DNA of 64,000 nt from Azolla caroliniana (lineage: Eukaryota; Plantae; Polypodiophyta), in contig JBHGNT010000022.1 in assembly GCA_043228905.1 (NCBI GenBank), forward strand, positions 9,982,001 through 10,046,000. Direction: 5' to 3'. The notes below the pieces were generated by a model that was not told the DNA's origin, did not search any database, and saw nothing but the letters and a program-made list of their open reading frames with translations. Below, one piece after another: positions 37,973 through 49,025 of this stretch; position 1 is the first letter of the stretch; each line of letters opens with the position of its first letter. Both the position numbers and the translations under genes were made by a program.

Positions 37973-40099
37973 ATGAGGGGGTCGGATCTTGCAGAGGCCA
38001 TGGCTTCGGCCGTGGATCGGATTGTAAACGCGCGCGAGGGCACCGGTGCCCTCGACAGAGCTATTGAGGCGGTTGTCGGCACGATCGGCCGGTTCGATGG
38101 GAGGGATGCCACGAAGTATCTGGCGTCCTACGGTGCAGAAATGTTGATGCGGGACATTCCGGAAGAAAGGCGTCTTGCCGGATTTCCCCGAGTGGCAATG
38201 CCGAGCATCCATGCGGAGGTGCTCGTGGTGCGGGCGGAGAGCCGTACCTGGGAGGAGTTCGAAGGTCGGCTCCTAGAGAAATACGGGCTGGACGACGCGC
38301 TCCGGGTTTCGAAGCGAAGGTTCATGGAATGGGTGGAGTCCCCGGGGAAGGGAAGAAACGCGTCGGTACTCCTCCGGGAGTTCGAGGAAAACTTTGCGCG
38401 CCTTTCGGCGCTCGACCGAACCATCCTGGACACGAGCCGGGTCTTGCTGTTTGTCAAGTCGGTCGACGAGCGGGATCGGGAGCAAGTGGGCCTCTTGCTG
38501 GAAACCGAAGACGGGCTCACTACCGACTGGGCGGCTGTCAAGAAAGTCTGTGGCCGTTTCGACAAACGGCGAGAATGGGCGGATAACGGGGTAACCGGGT
38601 CGGGCTCGGTCGCAGCAAGGAAGTTCGAACCAGCGCCACAGGTGGGAAAGGAAGAGACCGGAGAGTGGTTGGAAACCGGTTCGGCTTCGACCGGCGTAGT
38701 CAGAGGCTCAACCGGAGGAGCGGCGCTGGAGGAATTGACGAGGGCGGTAAAGGACCTCCAAATCGCGCAAGCCCGAAGGGAAGGTGGCGAACCGGCTCGT
38801 GACCGACGGCCGGCGGCAGGAAACAGGTGCATGTGGTGCGATGAAGTCGGCCACATTCGGAAGGACTGCGGCGACTTCGCGGAGGCGCTAAGGGACAGGG
38901 TGGTGTACCTGTGGGAAGGGCGGGTGCATGCCAGCGACACCCGAAGGGCCCTGAGCCGAAACGACGGGTGAGGTGGTATGAAAAGGTTGATGGAAGAGGC
39001 GGCGGCCCGACACGCGGAAACCGTCCACTACTCGGCGTCGGCCGGCATTCGAGTCGGGGGCGGCGAGGCCCGAAGGGAAAGCAAAGCCGGATTCTGGCCG
39101 ACGATGCTGGGAGGCCTTGCCGGAGCAAGGCTTAAAGGGGAGGAATCGGACCGCGCGGAGAAACGGGTACGGGAGATAACCGGGTGGAGCGACCCGGTCG
39201 AGGAAAGGACGGGCTTCGTGGAAGCCGCTTGCCAGAACTACGAGGCTCTGGTAGAAGAGAAGCGGGTGGGGAAACCCGGGACGACCGGGCCCTCACAACG
39301 ATACGAGACCCGGTCCGGGCCACGACGGGACGAAGCCGGCGGGGCCGGTACGAAAGATAAACCCCAGAAGGGCGGGTACCGTCTGGGGACGGAGATAGAA
39401 AGGACCACGGACTTACGAAAGGTCCTGGAGGAACGGATCCTCGACAGCAAGGTGGAGCTGTCGTTACGAGAGGTGCTGGGAATCGCCAAGAAGGAGTTCC
39501 ACGACTCCATCGTGGACTTGGTGAAACGGAAGAGGCTGTCAACGGAGACAGAACCGGAAAGACCAGTGGAAGTGCGGACGACGCACCTAGACGACATGGC
39601 GCTGGGAGACGAGTGGGCGGAAAGCCACTACTCGAGACCACACTGGGCCCGAGCGACCACGGAAACCCCGGTGAAGATCGGCGATGTCCAGGAACCGGTG
39701 ATAGCTTTGGTGGACCACGGATCGGAGATCAACTTGATGTCCATGGACTTCTATAAGAAGGGCAAATGGCCGATCAACACCAAGCACGGGTGGAAAATAA
39801 GGGCGGCAACGCGCGCCACCGAGGAGCTGCACGGGGCCTGTCCGAATGTGCGAGTCAAGATCGGCGACGTCGAGATTGACCAGCACTTCTTCGTGCAGGA
39901 AACGTCTTCGCATCCGGTCATACTGGGAGAGCCGTACATCACGGCGGCGCGGATGGAGACCAAGGTGCTGGACAATGGTTCGGCCTACGCGAGGGTCAAA
40001 AGCCAAGACGGGCGCCATTCGGTCCAGTTTCTGACGGTACGGCCGAACCACGAACGTAACCGCGACTCCCTCGATTCCGAAAACCGAGAGGATTTTTAG
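37973..40099 (+). CDS. ORF1 of G: Gag (capsid, CCHC knuckle) plus aspartic protease, with one in-frame TGA at 38969-38971
   Basis: ORFs 37946-38971 and 38978-40099 are in the same frame. CMWCDEVGHIRKDC; ALVDHGSEINLM...VILGEPYI. The equivalent codon in C is sense. Confidence 0.88.
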
Positions 40100-43000
40100 A
40101 GAGGACTGCCAAGGCGTGGGGCCGCGACAGTCCGGATGCTCCGGGAAAACCCCACATCTGTACGATAAAACCGTGTACAATAGGTAGGAAATTTTGCTTC
40201 TCCGACAGCGGAGCATGTACGATGGTCGGCATCGCCGGCCGAGAGAAAACAAAGACGGAGGGGAGACTTCGGGCGTGCGGAGTTCTCGGCCCTGACGAAG
40301 AAATCAACGGAGCCGTGGAGGCAGTCTCCTTCGACGACACCTTGGGAATGCTGGGGAGGGTAGTCGAAGAAGACCTTATCGAAGACCGGACGATACCGGT
40401 ATGTTCCGAAGAAATGTACGAAGTCATCGCGGACTTCGGTCGAGGGCTCGAGTCGGAACGGACGGCCCGAGTTAGCACCAAGTACAAGACTGTGGACCGG
40501 AAGGTGAGGCCAGTTGCGGCGCCCTTACCGGAGGGCAGCGAATCCCGGATCAAAGGGGTTGCGTTGGACCCCAGCTTACGAGATCCGGCCTGCATAGGAC
40601 ACACTTTCACCAACGAGACGCTCCGCGAGCTGAAGATCGGTGGGGGCGGGTTCCTACTGCCGGTGGAGGAAGACCGGTTTCGGAGGATGCTCGGAAGGCA
40701 CGGGAAAGCCTTCACATTCTCACCGGAGGAAATCGGGTGCGTAGACCCGACGATCGTAGAGCCGATGGTGATATTCACGGTACCGCATGTACCGTGGAAT
40801 CTCAAGCCAATTCCGGTTCCGAGAGCTCACATCCCGAAGTTGATGGAGCTGTTGAAGCAGAAAGTTGATATGGGCATTCTCGAGCCGTCGAGCGCCCCGT
40901 ACTCGAACCGGTGGTTTACCGTACCAAAGAAAAACGGATCATTGCGCTTCATTCAGGACCTGCAACCGGTCAATAGGGTGACCATTCGGAACGCAGGGAT
41001 CGGACCGACCATAGACGAGTTCGCGGAGGCCTTCGCCGGAAGGTCGATTTACTCGGTCGGTGATCTATATTCAGGGTACGACCAGTTCCAGCTAGCCGTG
41101 GAGAGCAGAGACATTACGACGATGCGAACTCCCCTCGGCCTAGTGCGGATGTGTACGCTGTCGCAAGGAGGGACCAACTCGGTGGCCCACATGGTGAATG
41201 CAATGAACAAGGTGCTGAGGGACTGCATCCCGGACATCACCATGCCGTTTCTAGACGACATCCCGATCAAGGGATGCCCGGTAGAAGAGAAGGACGAGAC
41301 GATCGGGCCGGACGGATGCCGGCGATTCGTGGTAATGCACATCGACGACTGCGAGAAGGTGCTGCAAAGGCTAGAGGATGCGAGGCTCACCTTCTCGGGG
41401 GAGAAGTCAGCCTTCGGGCAGTCGGAAATCATGGTGGTCGGACATTTATGTGGACCATATGGCCGGAGACCGTCTCCGGCAAAGATAGAAGCCATCTCCG
41501 CGATGAAGCCTGATTGCAGCTCGGTCACGGAAGTACGAAGATTCTTGGGGGCATGCGCCTTCTACCACATATGGATCCCGCATTACGCGCACGTCGCGGA
41601 GCCGCTGTACGGATTATTGAAGAAAGGGCGAAGATTCGAATGGCTAGACAAGCACACGGAGTCGGTCCGGAAGCTGAAGGAGGCTCTTTCGGCAGCACCG
41701 GCGCTCCGAAAGGCCGTCTACAGGGAGGGCACCCCAGTGTACATAACGGTTGACACGAGTCCGACCGGAATCGGGTGGGTCGTCAACCAAGAAGACGAGG
41801 ACGGCAATCGGTTTCCGATCCGATTCGGCGCGAAGGTCCTCAGCGAACGGCAGCGAGGATACGCCCAGGTTAAACGCGAACTCTGGGGTATCGTTTCGGC
41901 GGTGAAGGCCGACAAGGACTATCTGATCGGGACAGAGGTAATCATAGAGACGGATTGCATGCCGATTCTCGGCATGGTTTCCGGATGCGCGACGCCGGAC
42001 CTGGCAATGCTCAGGTGGATAGCGTACATCAAGTCCCTGGACCCGGAAATACGACACATTTCCGGGAAAGACAACGCCATGGCCGACATGCTTTCAAGGG
42101 CGAGATTCGATGACGAGGGCGGCATGGTTTCGGAGGACGAAGAGGTTGGCGTGGACTTCTTCGAGACTGCGTATGTAACAACCGACGGAACAAGCACTCC
42201 GGCGCTTAACGACTTCGACGCGAGCAAGTACGACGGGGAGTGGCTGCAGATCGGTGGGTTTTTGAAGACAATGACGCCCGATGCGTCATGGACGAAGGGC
42301 GAGGCCAACCGGATCCGGAAGAAAGCGTACCGGTTCTTTCTCCGGGATGGCTATCTATGGAAGCACCCGAAGAGGAGGGACGGCGCTCCGCTCCGGGTGG
42401 TGGCGATGAAGGAAGAACAGGAGGAGCTGCTGACGGCCTACCACGACAGCCCTTGGGCTGGACACCGTGGAACATGGGCTACGTTTGAGAAACTGAAGGG
42501 GAAGTATTGGTGGCCGGGGCAGTACCAGGACGTGCATCGGTTCGTGACAACTTGCGAGAGTTGTCAGATGCACTCCATAGTCCGACATCGGGACGAGCTT
42601 CACCCCACGTACCCTCCGACCATCCACTTCAAATGGATGATAGATCTGGTGACGATGCCAATGGGGGTAGGACAGATGCGGTACCTGGTCCTAGCGCGGG
42701 AGGATCTGACGAACCAGGTGGAAGGCCGGGCCCTTCCGAACAAAACGACCGCGGCCGTATGCCGGTTCCTAATTGAGGACGTGATATGCCGGTACGGGTG
42801 CGTCGGGAAGATCGTGGCTGACCGAGGGGAGTTGGACGCCGAAGAAGCCGCGGAGCTGTTCGACCGGCTGGGAGTCAAGCTCTCGCTCACCACTGCGTAC
42901 AATCCGGAGGCGAATGGAAAGGTGGAGCGCGGCCACGGACCGATCGTCAAGGCGTTGGTTCGGGCATGCGGAGGCCGAGTCGGTAACTGGCCGCGGCTGC

Positions 43001-43578
43001 TACCTTATGCTTTGTGGGCAGACCGGACCACGCACAGTTCGGTAACCGGGTACATGCCGACGGAGCTCATGTTCGGCCAGAAGCCGATCATGCCGATAGA
43101 ACGGACGATCTCCTCGTGGGCAACGGTCGATTGGAGGGACGAGATGAGCCGGGAGGAGTTGTTGGCCGCGCGCATACGACAGCTCGAGCGGAGACCGGAG
43201 GACGTGGAACTGGCTGCGGAGAAGCTCCGGGTGGCGAGGAAAAAGAACAAAGCCAGGTTCGACCGAACGCACCGGCTCCGACCGAAGAAAATCGAAGAAG
43301 GTGACTGGGTGCTCGTCTACGACAGCAGCCTCGACAACCAGCACCGAGCTACACGGAAGTTCGCACGAAGGTGGTTCGGGCCTTACGTGGTACGGAGCGC
43401 CAATGACAACGGGACATATCACCTGGCGGAACTCGACGGCACGAGTATGGCGATACCGGTTGCAGGGAAGCGGATCAAAGCGTTCAAGAAGCGACACGAC
43501 GACGAGCCAGACCCGGCTCTCCTGGTCAGCGGTGACGAACGATCCGAAAACGAGGAAGAACCGACGGGCGAGGAATGA
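40090..43578 (+). CDS. ORF2 of G: RT-RNase H-integrase in the -1 frame relative to ORF1
   Basis: Frame is open from the GGATTTT site at 40090. PFLDDIPIKG (RT), TVDTSPTGIGW (RH), HDSPWAGH...CESC, IDLV...ADRGE...VERGH (IN), WFGPY. No chromodomain. Confidence 0.93.
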   Translation, partial: GFLERTAKAWGRDSPDAPGKPHICTIKPCTIGRKFCFSDSGACTMVGIAGREKTKTEGRLRACGVLGPDEEINGAVEAVSFDDTLGMLGRVVEEDLIEDRTIPVCSEEMYEVIADFGRGLESERTARVSTKYKTVDRKVRPVAAPLPEGSESRIKGVALDPSLRDPACIGHTFTNETLRELKIGGGGFLLPVEEDRFRRMLGRHGKAFTFSPEEIGCVDPTIVEPMVIFTVPHVPWNLKPIPVPRAHIPKLMELLKQKVDMGILEPSSAPYSNRWFTVPKKNGSLRFIQDLQPVNRVTIRNAGIGPTIDEFAEAFAGRSIYSVGDLYSGYDQFQLAVESRDITTMRTPLGLVRMCTLSQGGTNSVAHMVNAMNKVLRDCIPDITMPFLDDIPIKGCPVEEKDETIGPDGCRRFVVMHIDDCEKVLQRLEDARLTFSGEKSAFGQSEIMVVGHLCGPYGRRPSPAKIEAISAMKPDCSSVTEVRRFLGACAFYHIWIPHYAHVAEPLYGLLKKGRRFEWLDKHTESVRKLKEALSAAPALRKAVYREGTPVYITVDTSPTGIGWVVNQEDEDGNRFPIRFGAKVLSERQRGYAQVKRELWGIVSAVKADKDYLIGTEVIIETDCMPILGMVSGCATPDLAMLRWIAYIKSLDPEIRHISGKDNAMADMLSRARFDDEGGMVSEDEEVGVDFFETAYVTTDGTSTPALNDFDASKYDGEWLQIGGFLKTMTPDASWTKGEANRIRKKAYRFFLRDGYLWKHPKRRDGAPLRVVAMKEEQEELLTAYHDSPWAGHRGTWATFEKLKGKYWWPGQYQDVHRFVTTCESCQMHSIVRHRDELHPTYPPTIHFKWMIDLVTMPMGVGQMRYLVLAREDLTNQVEGRALPNKTTAAVCRFLIEDVICRYGCVGKIVADRGELDAEEAAELFDRLGVKLSLTTAYNPEANGKVERGHGPIVKALVRACGGRVGNWPRLLPYALWADRTTHSSVTGYMPTELMFGQKPIMPIERTISSWATVDWRDEMSREELLAARIRQLERRPEDVELAAEKLRVARKKNKARFDRTHRLRPKKIEEGDWVLVYDSSLDNQHRATRKFARRWFGPYVVRSANDNGTYHLAELDGTSMAIPVAGKRIKAFKKRHDDEPDPALLVSGDERSENEEEPTGEE

Positions 43579-46261
43579 AGACGGGCCGGTTTTCTCCGTC
43601 CCAACCCTCTTGGCGCATACCGGAGGATGCGCGGTTAGGTGGGGGCGGATGTCGTGAAGAAAACCGTCCATAGGCGGAATCGGCAGACCAAGGCGTGGGA
43701 ACCGGTTCCTCACGCGCGCACGCTCCAAGTTGAACATAGAAGCGAGCTAGGAGGATAATCGGCAGGAACGGGCCCTAACACGAGTGGAGACAAAGACCGC
43801 GCGAACAGTCTTTTCGGTCGCGCGCGCGAGCTAAGGGACGGCACGAGTCGGCGGCGTAACTACGCGGATGCGTGAAGAACGGAGCGGATCCCTGTTCGAA
43901 AGGGACAGGGAATAAAGCTGACATGACGGCCTGCTCGTCGGCCTATATAAGGAGCAGGAAAGAGCTGTTGCGATCATCTCGGGCAGAGAGGACGAAGTGC
44001 TGTCGGACCGTTTCGGGACGCTTCTCTCTCTGTTTCCTTCCTTCTTGAGCTCCATAGCTTTCTGTGCAGGCTTCCGAGGAGGCTCGCGCTGTTTCGAGGA
44101 ACGCCCGAGTGCTTCCGGCAGCACCTCCGACCCGCTACCCCTTTGTGCGTCGAAGCGAACAGGCATCGGCATCTGTTCGCCGGCCTGTTCGGTTGCAACC
44201 AACCTGTGCCCCATCGAGGGTTGTAGTCGTGTTAGCCATTTTGTTAATATACATATTTAGTCATTCGCATATGTCTGTGTCGGTGTCTGTTCGCGTTCTC
44301 CGTGCTGAAGGGCCGTGTCCCTGTGTATCCCCGGTCCTGCGTAGCCGGTTCTCTCTCTTTCTCCTCCCTGCTTGCTCTTTGGTTCGAGACCCCCGCGGTC
44401 CCGCCTCGTTTTCACACGCACTTGCGTAATATCTCGACACCGCTTGTGCCACAAGTCGATGTCCAACTCGGTCTTTTGTCCCTTCGCGAACATTGCGGTG
44501 CCGCCGTCAGTGGAGTTGAGGATGAACATCCTCCCGTCTTTGCGCCCTTGCGCAATCACACGGCCTTCTTCCTCAATGAAGCACCCGAGGTGTGTAAACC
44601 GAACCTCCATCCCTTGGTCGACGATCTGTCCGACCGAGACCAAGTTTTTCGTGATTGTCGGAATGTGTAGCATGTTCATGAGTTTCCCTTTCTGCCCGAC
44701 ATGGTTAAGGGGAACTTCTCCGACATTCGCGATCGGATGTGAAGTGTCGTCTCCAGTTGCGACTACTCCAGGTTGTATCGGTTTTTCGAGGTACGAGAAC
44801 CACTCCTTATGGCTCGTCATGTGGTTTGACGTGCCGGAGTCTACATACCACACCTCGTCCGATCTCGGGGTGCTCTGTTTCATTGAGTTTGCTTCGTGTC
44901 TCGTCACGAAGGCAGACCCTTCTCCGGCTCTCCCGGAGTCTTCGGCGTAGTGCGATCGCTGCCGATTTCCCTTGTCGGTATGTCTGGAGCCGTTCCCGGA
45001 ACCAGTTCTCTCCGAATCGGCGCGCTTCTTCCAGCACTCACTTTCCCTGTGGCCTTTCTTACCACAGTACCAGCACTCCACGATGGACTTCCCTTGCCGG
45101 TTCTCATCGCTTCGACTCCCCCTGTTTCCGAGGGATCCGGAGTTGCTGTCGGCATCACTTCGGTGCCTTCTTCCCTGATCTCGTCAGCCGCCGACTCGCC
45201 TCGTCCTCCACATCCACAGGGCCTATCTACCTCCGTGTACAACATTCTGTTGTTGGCGTGCGTGCTTGTAGACGCACCCGCGTGGTTCTCCTCTACCAGG
45301 AGCATTTACTGTAAGTCAAAAAAGGACGGCGTATTCTCCCGGGTACACATAGCCGTTCGGAACGCTCTGAACTTCGACGCCAAACCTCTGAGACAGATCT
45401 GGACCATCTCGCTCTCCTCGATGTTCACCTCTATGGAGGCGAGGGAGTCACAGATATCCTTGATCTTGGAGGTATAGTCCGCCATCGACAAGTCGCGTTG
45501 TCGTAGGTTTCTCAACTCCTGTCGGAGCTGAAGCTTCCTGGCTGTGGTGCTTGAGGTGAAAATCTTCTTCAAATTTTCCCACGCACCCTTCGGCGTCTTT
45601 GCATCCCGAACATAGCTCAATAGTTGTTCGCCCACACACGACACGAAGCAGTATAATACCCTGCTCGCCGATTGCTCCCACGACGGGAAGTCTCTGTGTG
45701 TCGATTCGGGTGCCGCGTCATTAGCTCCTTCGACATAACTCCAGTAGCCGTGCCCGAGCAGGTACTGGTGCATCTTGTAGGACCAAGACGCGTAGTTGGT
45801 TTTGTCGAGCTTCTCTATTGGAAGCTAGCTCGCCATGCCTCTATCCATCGTTCTTCTTGTTCTTCTTCGTCAAGCTGTGTCGGCTGCAGAGAGGTTCTCA
45901 ACCCTCGCGCTCTGATACCATATGAAAAGTAGCGTGCGGAAGCAAGTATGAAGACCGAACAGAAGGAAGGAAACTCAGGTTTAATGGAGAGCTTGAGCTT
46001 ACACGGTATACGCGGGAGAGACTGAGAGACTGAGAGAGAACACAAGAACTATATTCAACAATAATACTCAGTCTGTACATAAGACGTGCTCAGTGAACAC
46101 TTTTATACAAGTCCTAGAAGGACTAACAATACTTCAATGCTCATCAAGAGCTCCTACACTAACTCCCAAATATATTCCTCACAGAATATCTTTCCTAAAG
46201 ACCTCCCGGTTTACGCACTCGGCCTAACCGATCGGTCCCAACCGATCCGGTCCTCGCCTTC

Positions 46262-47986
46262 TGTCATGAACAGTACTGAGACAGAGAAGGAATTAGTACT
46301 AAACGAAGGATTAGTACTATGAGAGGTGTGGAACTTCTTCGAGAGAAGGAAGAAGTGAGCGAGACAGAGAGAAAGAGAGAGAGAGAGAGGGAGAGAGAGT
46401 GATGATAAGAACGATATTTATTATATGAAGAGAATATACAACGGTGGCTAAAAGGCTTAAGACTGGCGTTGAACCAATTTGGTTCAACATAATGCCTAGT
46501 GCCCTCTTTTATAGTGTTTTCAGGAGTAATCCTGAAGCTTCTAGAATGTTCCAGAGAAATCTGGAATATACACTAATTTCCTATAATAAAATGTAAATGA
46601 AAATAATATTCTACGTATTACAATAGATGGTCTAATGGTCAAGAGCTCGACCCATATAACCTAAGGTCATGGGTTCGAGTCTTGCCATATCATGACACTA
46701 TCCCCCCTTTAAAACGACGAGTGTCACGAGTCGTCTTGGATTGAGGACCCGGTTTGTGTGGATATTGACGATGGAAGTCTTCAAGAAGAGCACGAGCATT
46801 GGTTACATTCTCGATCGGTTCCCAAGTACGTTCGTTGGGACTATAGCCTAGCCAATCGACTAGATAGTAGAGCTTGTTGCGAACAATCTTGGAATCAAGA
46901 ATGGCGGCAACCTCGTACTCCGGCCCATCTTCAAGCTCAATCGGGGGTGGAGGTTGGATAAGACGTTCTGGGATGGTGCTCTCGTGGTAGGGTTCGAAGA
47001 GAGAACTATGAAACACCGGATGTATCCGAAGTTGAGGAGGTAGATCGAGACGAAAAGCAACATCATTAATCTTTCCAATAATACGGAAAGGACCTAATCG
47101 CCGATAATCCAACTTCTCACATGGGCGAGTAGTCTTGATGTGTCGTCGTAGCAACCACACCCGATCTCCAATATTAAAACTAGATGGAAGTCGATGACGA
47201 TCCGCGTAGACCTTGTGTGTTTGTTGAGCTTGCTGGAGATGAGTAGATAAATCCGCTTGTATCTTGCGTAACCGCTCCAAACGATCCTCCGCGCACGGAT
47301 TTGTGGACACCTCTGGGGTTTCAAGTACACTCCACTGGGGGTGACATCCCGTATAAGCATAAAATGGCGTAACTTTAGTGGATGCGTGGATAGAGTTGTT
47401 ATAGGCAAATTCGGCGAGGTGGAGAATATCTGCCTAGTCGTCCTGATGATAGCTGAGAAAGCACCGTAGATACTGCTCCAACGTTTGATTTGTTCGTTCA
47501 GCTTGGCCGTCAGTTTGTGGGTGGTAGCCGGAAGAGAGGTTACAAGTGACCTTGAGCATGTTAAAAAGGTGCTTCCAGAATTTTGACACGAACTGGGGTC
47601 CACGGTCGCTGATGATACTATCGGGGAGTCCATGATGCCGACATACTTCACGCATGACAATTTCGGCAGTGTCTTCACTGGAGATCTCCTTAGTACATGG
47701 CAAGAAATGAGCCATCTTCGTATATCGATCGACCACCGTTAGAATCGCATTGAACCCCTTAGAGACTGGAAGATCTGTGATGAAGTCTAGAGCAATGGAT
47801 TGCCACGGCTTGCTTGGAATTGATAATGGTTCTAGTAAACCATATGGATGATGCCTTGGCATTTTCGCTCTGCAACATGTATCACAAGTCCGAACAAAAT
47901 CCTCGACAAATTGTCGCATACAGGCCACCAGAATGTTCGTTGTACTAAATGTAATGTTTTAGTACTACCAAAATGCCCAGCTGTAT
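46262..47986 (-). mobile_element. 3' portion of a Tcn1-like chromovirus F (integrase, chromodomain, PPT, 3' LTR), inserted in the 5' LTR of E
   Basis: LTR 46262-46697 (TGTCATGA...TCATGACA), PPT aaaggggggatag, LDFITDLP...IISDRGPQF...QAERTN, GPF, and canonical chromodomain EYEVAAILDSK...YYLVDWLGY...TWEP. Confidence 0.9.
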
Positions 47987-48258
47987 AGGATTACTCCTGA
48001 AAACACTATAAAAGAGGGCACTAGGCATTATGTTGAACCAAATTGGTTCAACGCCAGTCTTAAGCCTTTTAGCCACCGTTGTATATTCTCTTCATATAAT
48101 AAATATCTTTCTTATCATCACTCTCTCTCCCTCTCTCTCTCTCTCTTTCTCTCTATCTCGCTCACTTCTTCCTTCTCTCGAAGAAGTTCTACACCTCTCA
48201 TAGTACTAATCCTTCGTTTAGTACTAATTCCTTCTCTGTCTCAGTACTGTTCATGACA
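47987..48258 (+). repeat. Inverted 272-bp copy of part of LTR F
   Basis: Near-exact reverse complement of 46262-46533. Confidence 0.9.
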
Positions 48259-48373
48259 GTTTGAACCAATTTTGCCTACCTTCTGTCTCTCTCATTTCCT
48301 ACTAATCTTTTATTCCTCTTTTCTTTCATACCATGGCCACTGTTAGCGCTGAAGAATATCAATCTGTTTTCTA

Positions 48374-48473
48374 NNNNNNNNNNNNNNNNNNNNNNNNNNN
48401 NNNNNNNNNNNNNNNNNNNNNNNNNNNNNNNNNNNNNNNNNNNNNNNNNNNNNNNNNNNNNNNNNNNNNNNNN
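48374..48473. other. Assembly gap (100 N)
   Basis: Run of n characters. Confidence 1.
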
Positions 48474-48964
48474 ATGGCAACAAATGAAATGCAGCAAAAC
48501 GCTACGATTATGTGCGAAAGAAATCGGAAATGGAAGATTGATTGCCATACAATTCTACAACAAATTAATCTCTGTATATGTGTGTTTTATTTGGTCTGTT
48601 TTTGTCATAAATGTCCGAGAAATGTTGCCAAAAATGTACGAACCGCATTGTGAGTGTGCGAGAATGGCTACAACATATGTGCAAATTTGCAGTTAGCATG
48701 TGTGTGTGCAAGAAAGCATGGTGCGAGAGAAGACCAGAAAGACGGAGACAAGTAACTAGAAAGACGGCCAAATGGTGTTGTAGGTTTTAGGGTTAGGGTT
48801 AAGGACGATGATAATCATGATAAAGATAGACATGGTGGTTATGATGATGATGGAGAGTATGGGATTGATGGTGAGAGAGATCATGTGCATTGACAAGCAT
48901 TGCGGGGTGGGGGGTGGTGCCTAGAATGGCTCCACCCCCCTCCCAAGGGGATTCAACGTTGAGG

Positions 48965-48967
<3 letters not shown>

Positions 48968-49022
<55 letters not shown>
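48968..49022. repeat. (GA)n microsatellite
   Basis: About 27 GA units. Confidence 0.9.

Positions 49023-49025
<3 letters not shown>

Larger units (their letters stand above)
37139..44439 (+). mobile_element. Element G: near-intact young autonomous non-chromovirus Gypsy (tRNA-Trp group; RT resembles fungal Ylt1-type elements)
   Basis: 790-bp LTRs at 37139-37928 and 43650-44439 (about 7 differences by eye), 4-bp TSD CCGC, PBS 37933-37950, PPT ggttaggtgggggcgga. Excision restores the host WHKRIGHVN. Confidence 0.97.
33781..46261 (-). mobile_element. Degenerate Ty1/Copia element E, inserted in the 3' LTR of D and itself interrupted by G and F
   Basis: 3' LTR 33781-34170, PPT 34171-34180, tRNA-iMet PBS 45909-45920, 5' LTR from 45923 interrupted at 46261. 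gag ATG at 45836 with an early stop; CWYCGKKGHRESEC, WYVDSGTSNHMT, IN, RT with an internal deletion near 35550, RH (YTDADWAG, ARTKHIEVHYHFVRE). Confidence 0.93.

Noticed and set aside
38969-38971. Programmed stop read-through in gag of G
   Set aside because: Element C has a sense codon here; a CGA-to-TGA deamination is the simpler explanation.
38128-43737. Long antisense and alternative-frame ORFs over G, and likewise over C and J
   Set aside because: Expected shadows of GC-rich coding sequence; no recognisable domains.
46621-46697. Functional tRNA gene
   Set aside because: Acceptor, anticodon and T stems do not pair properly; only the A/B boxes and their spacing are retained.
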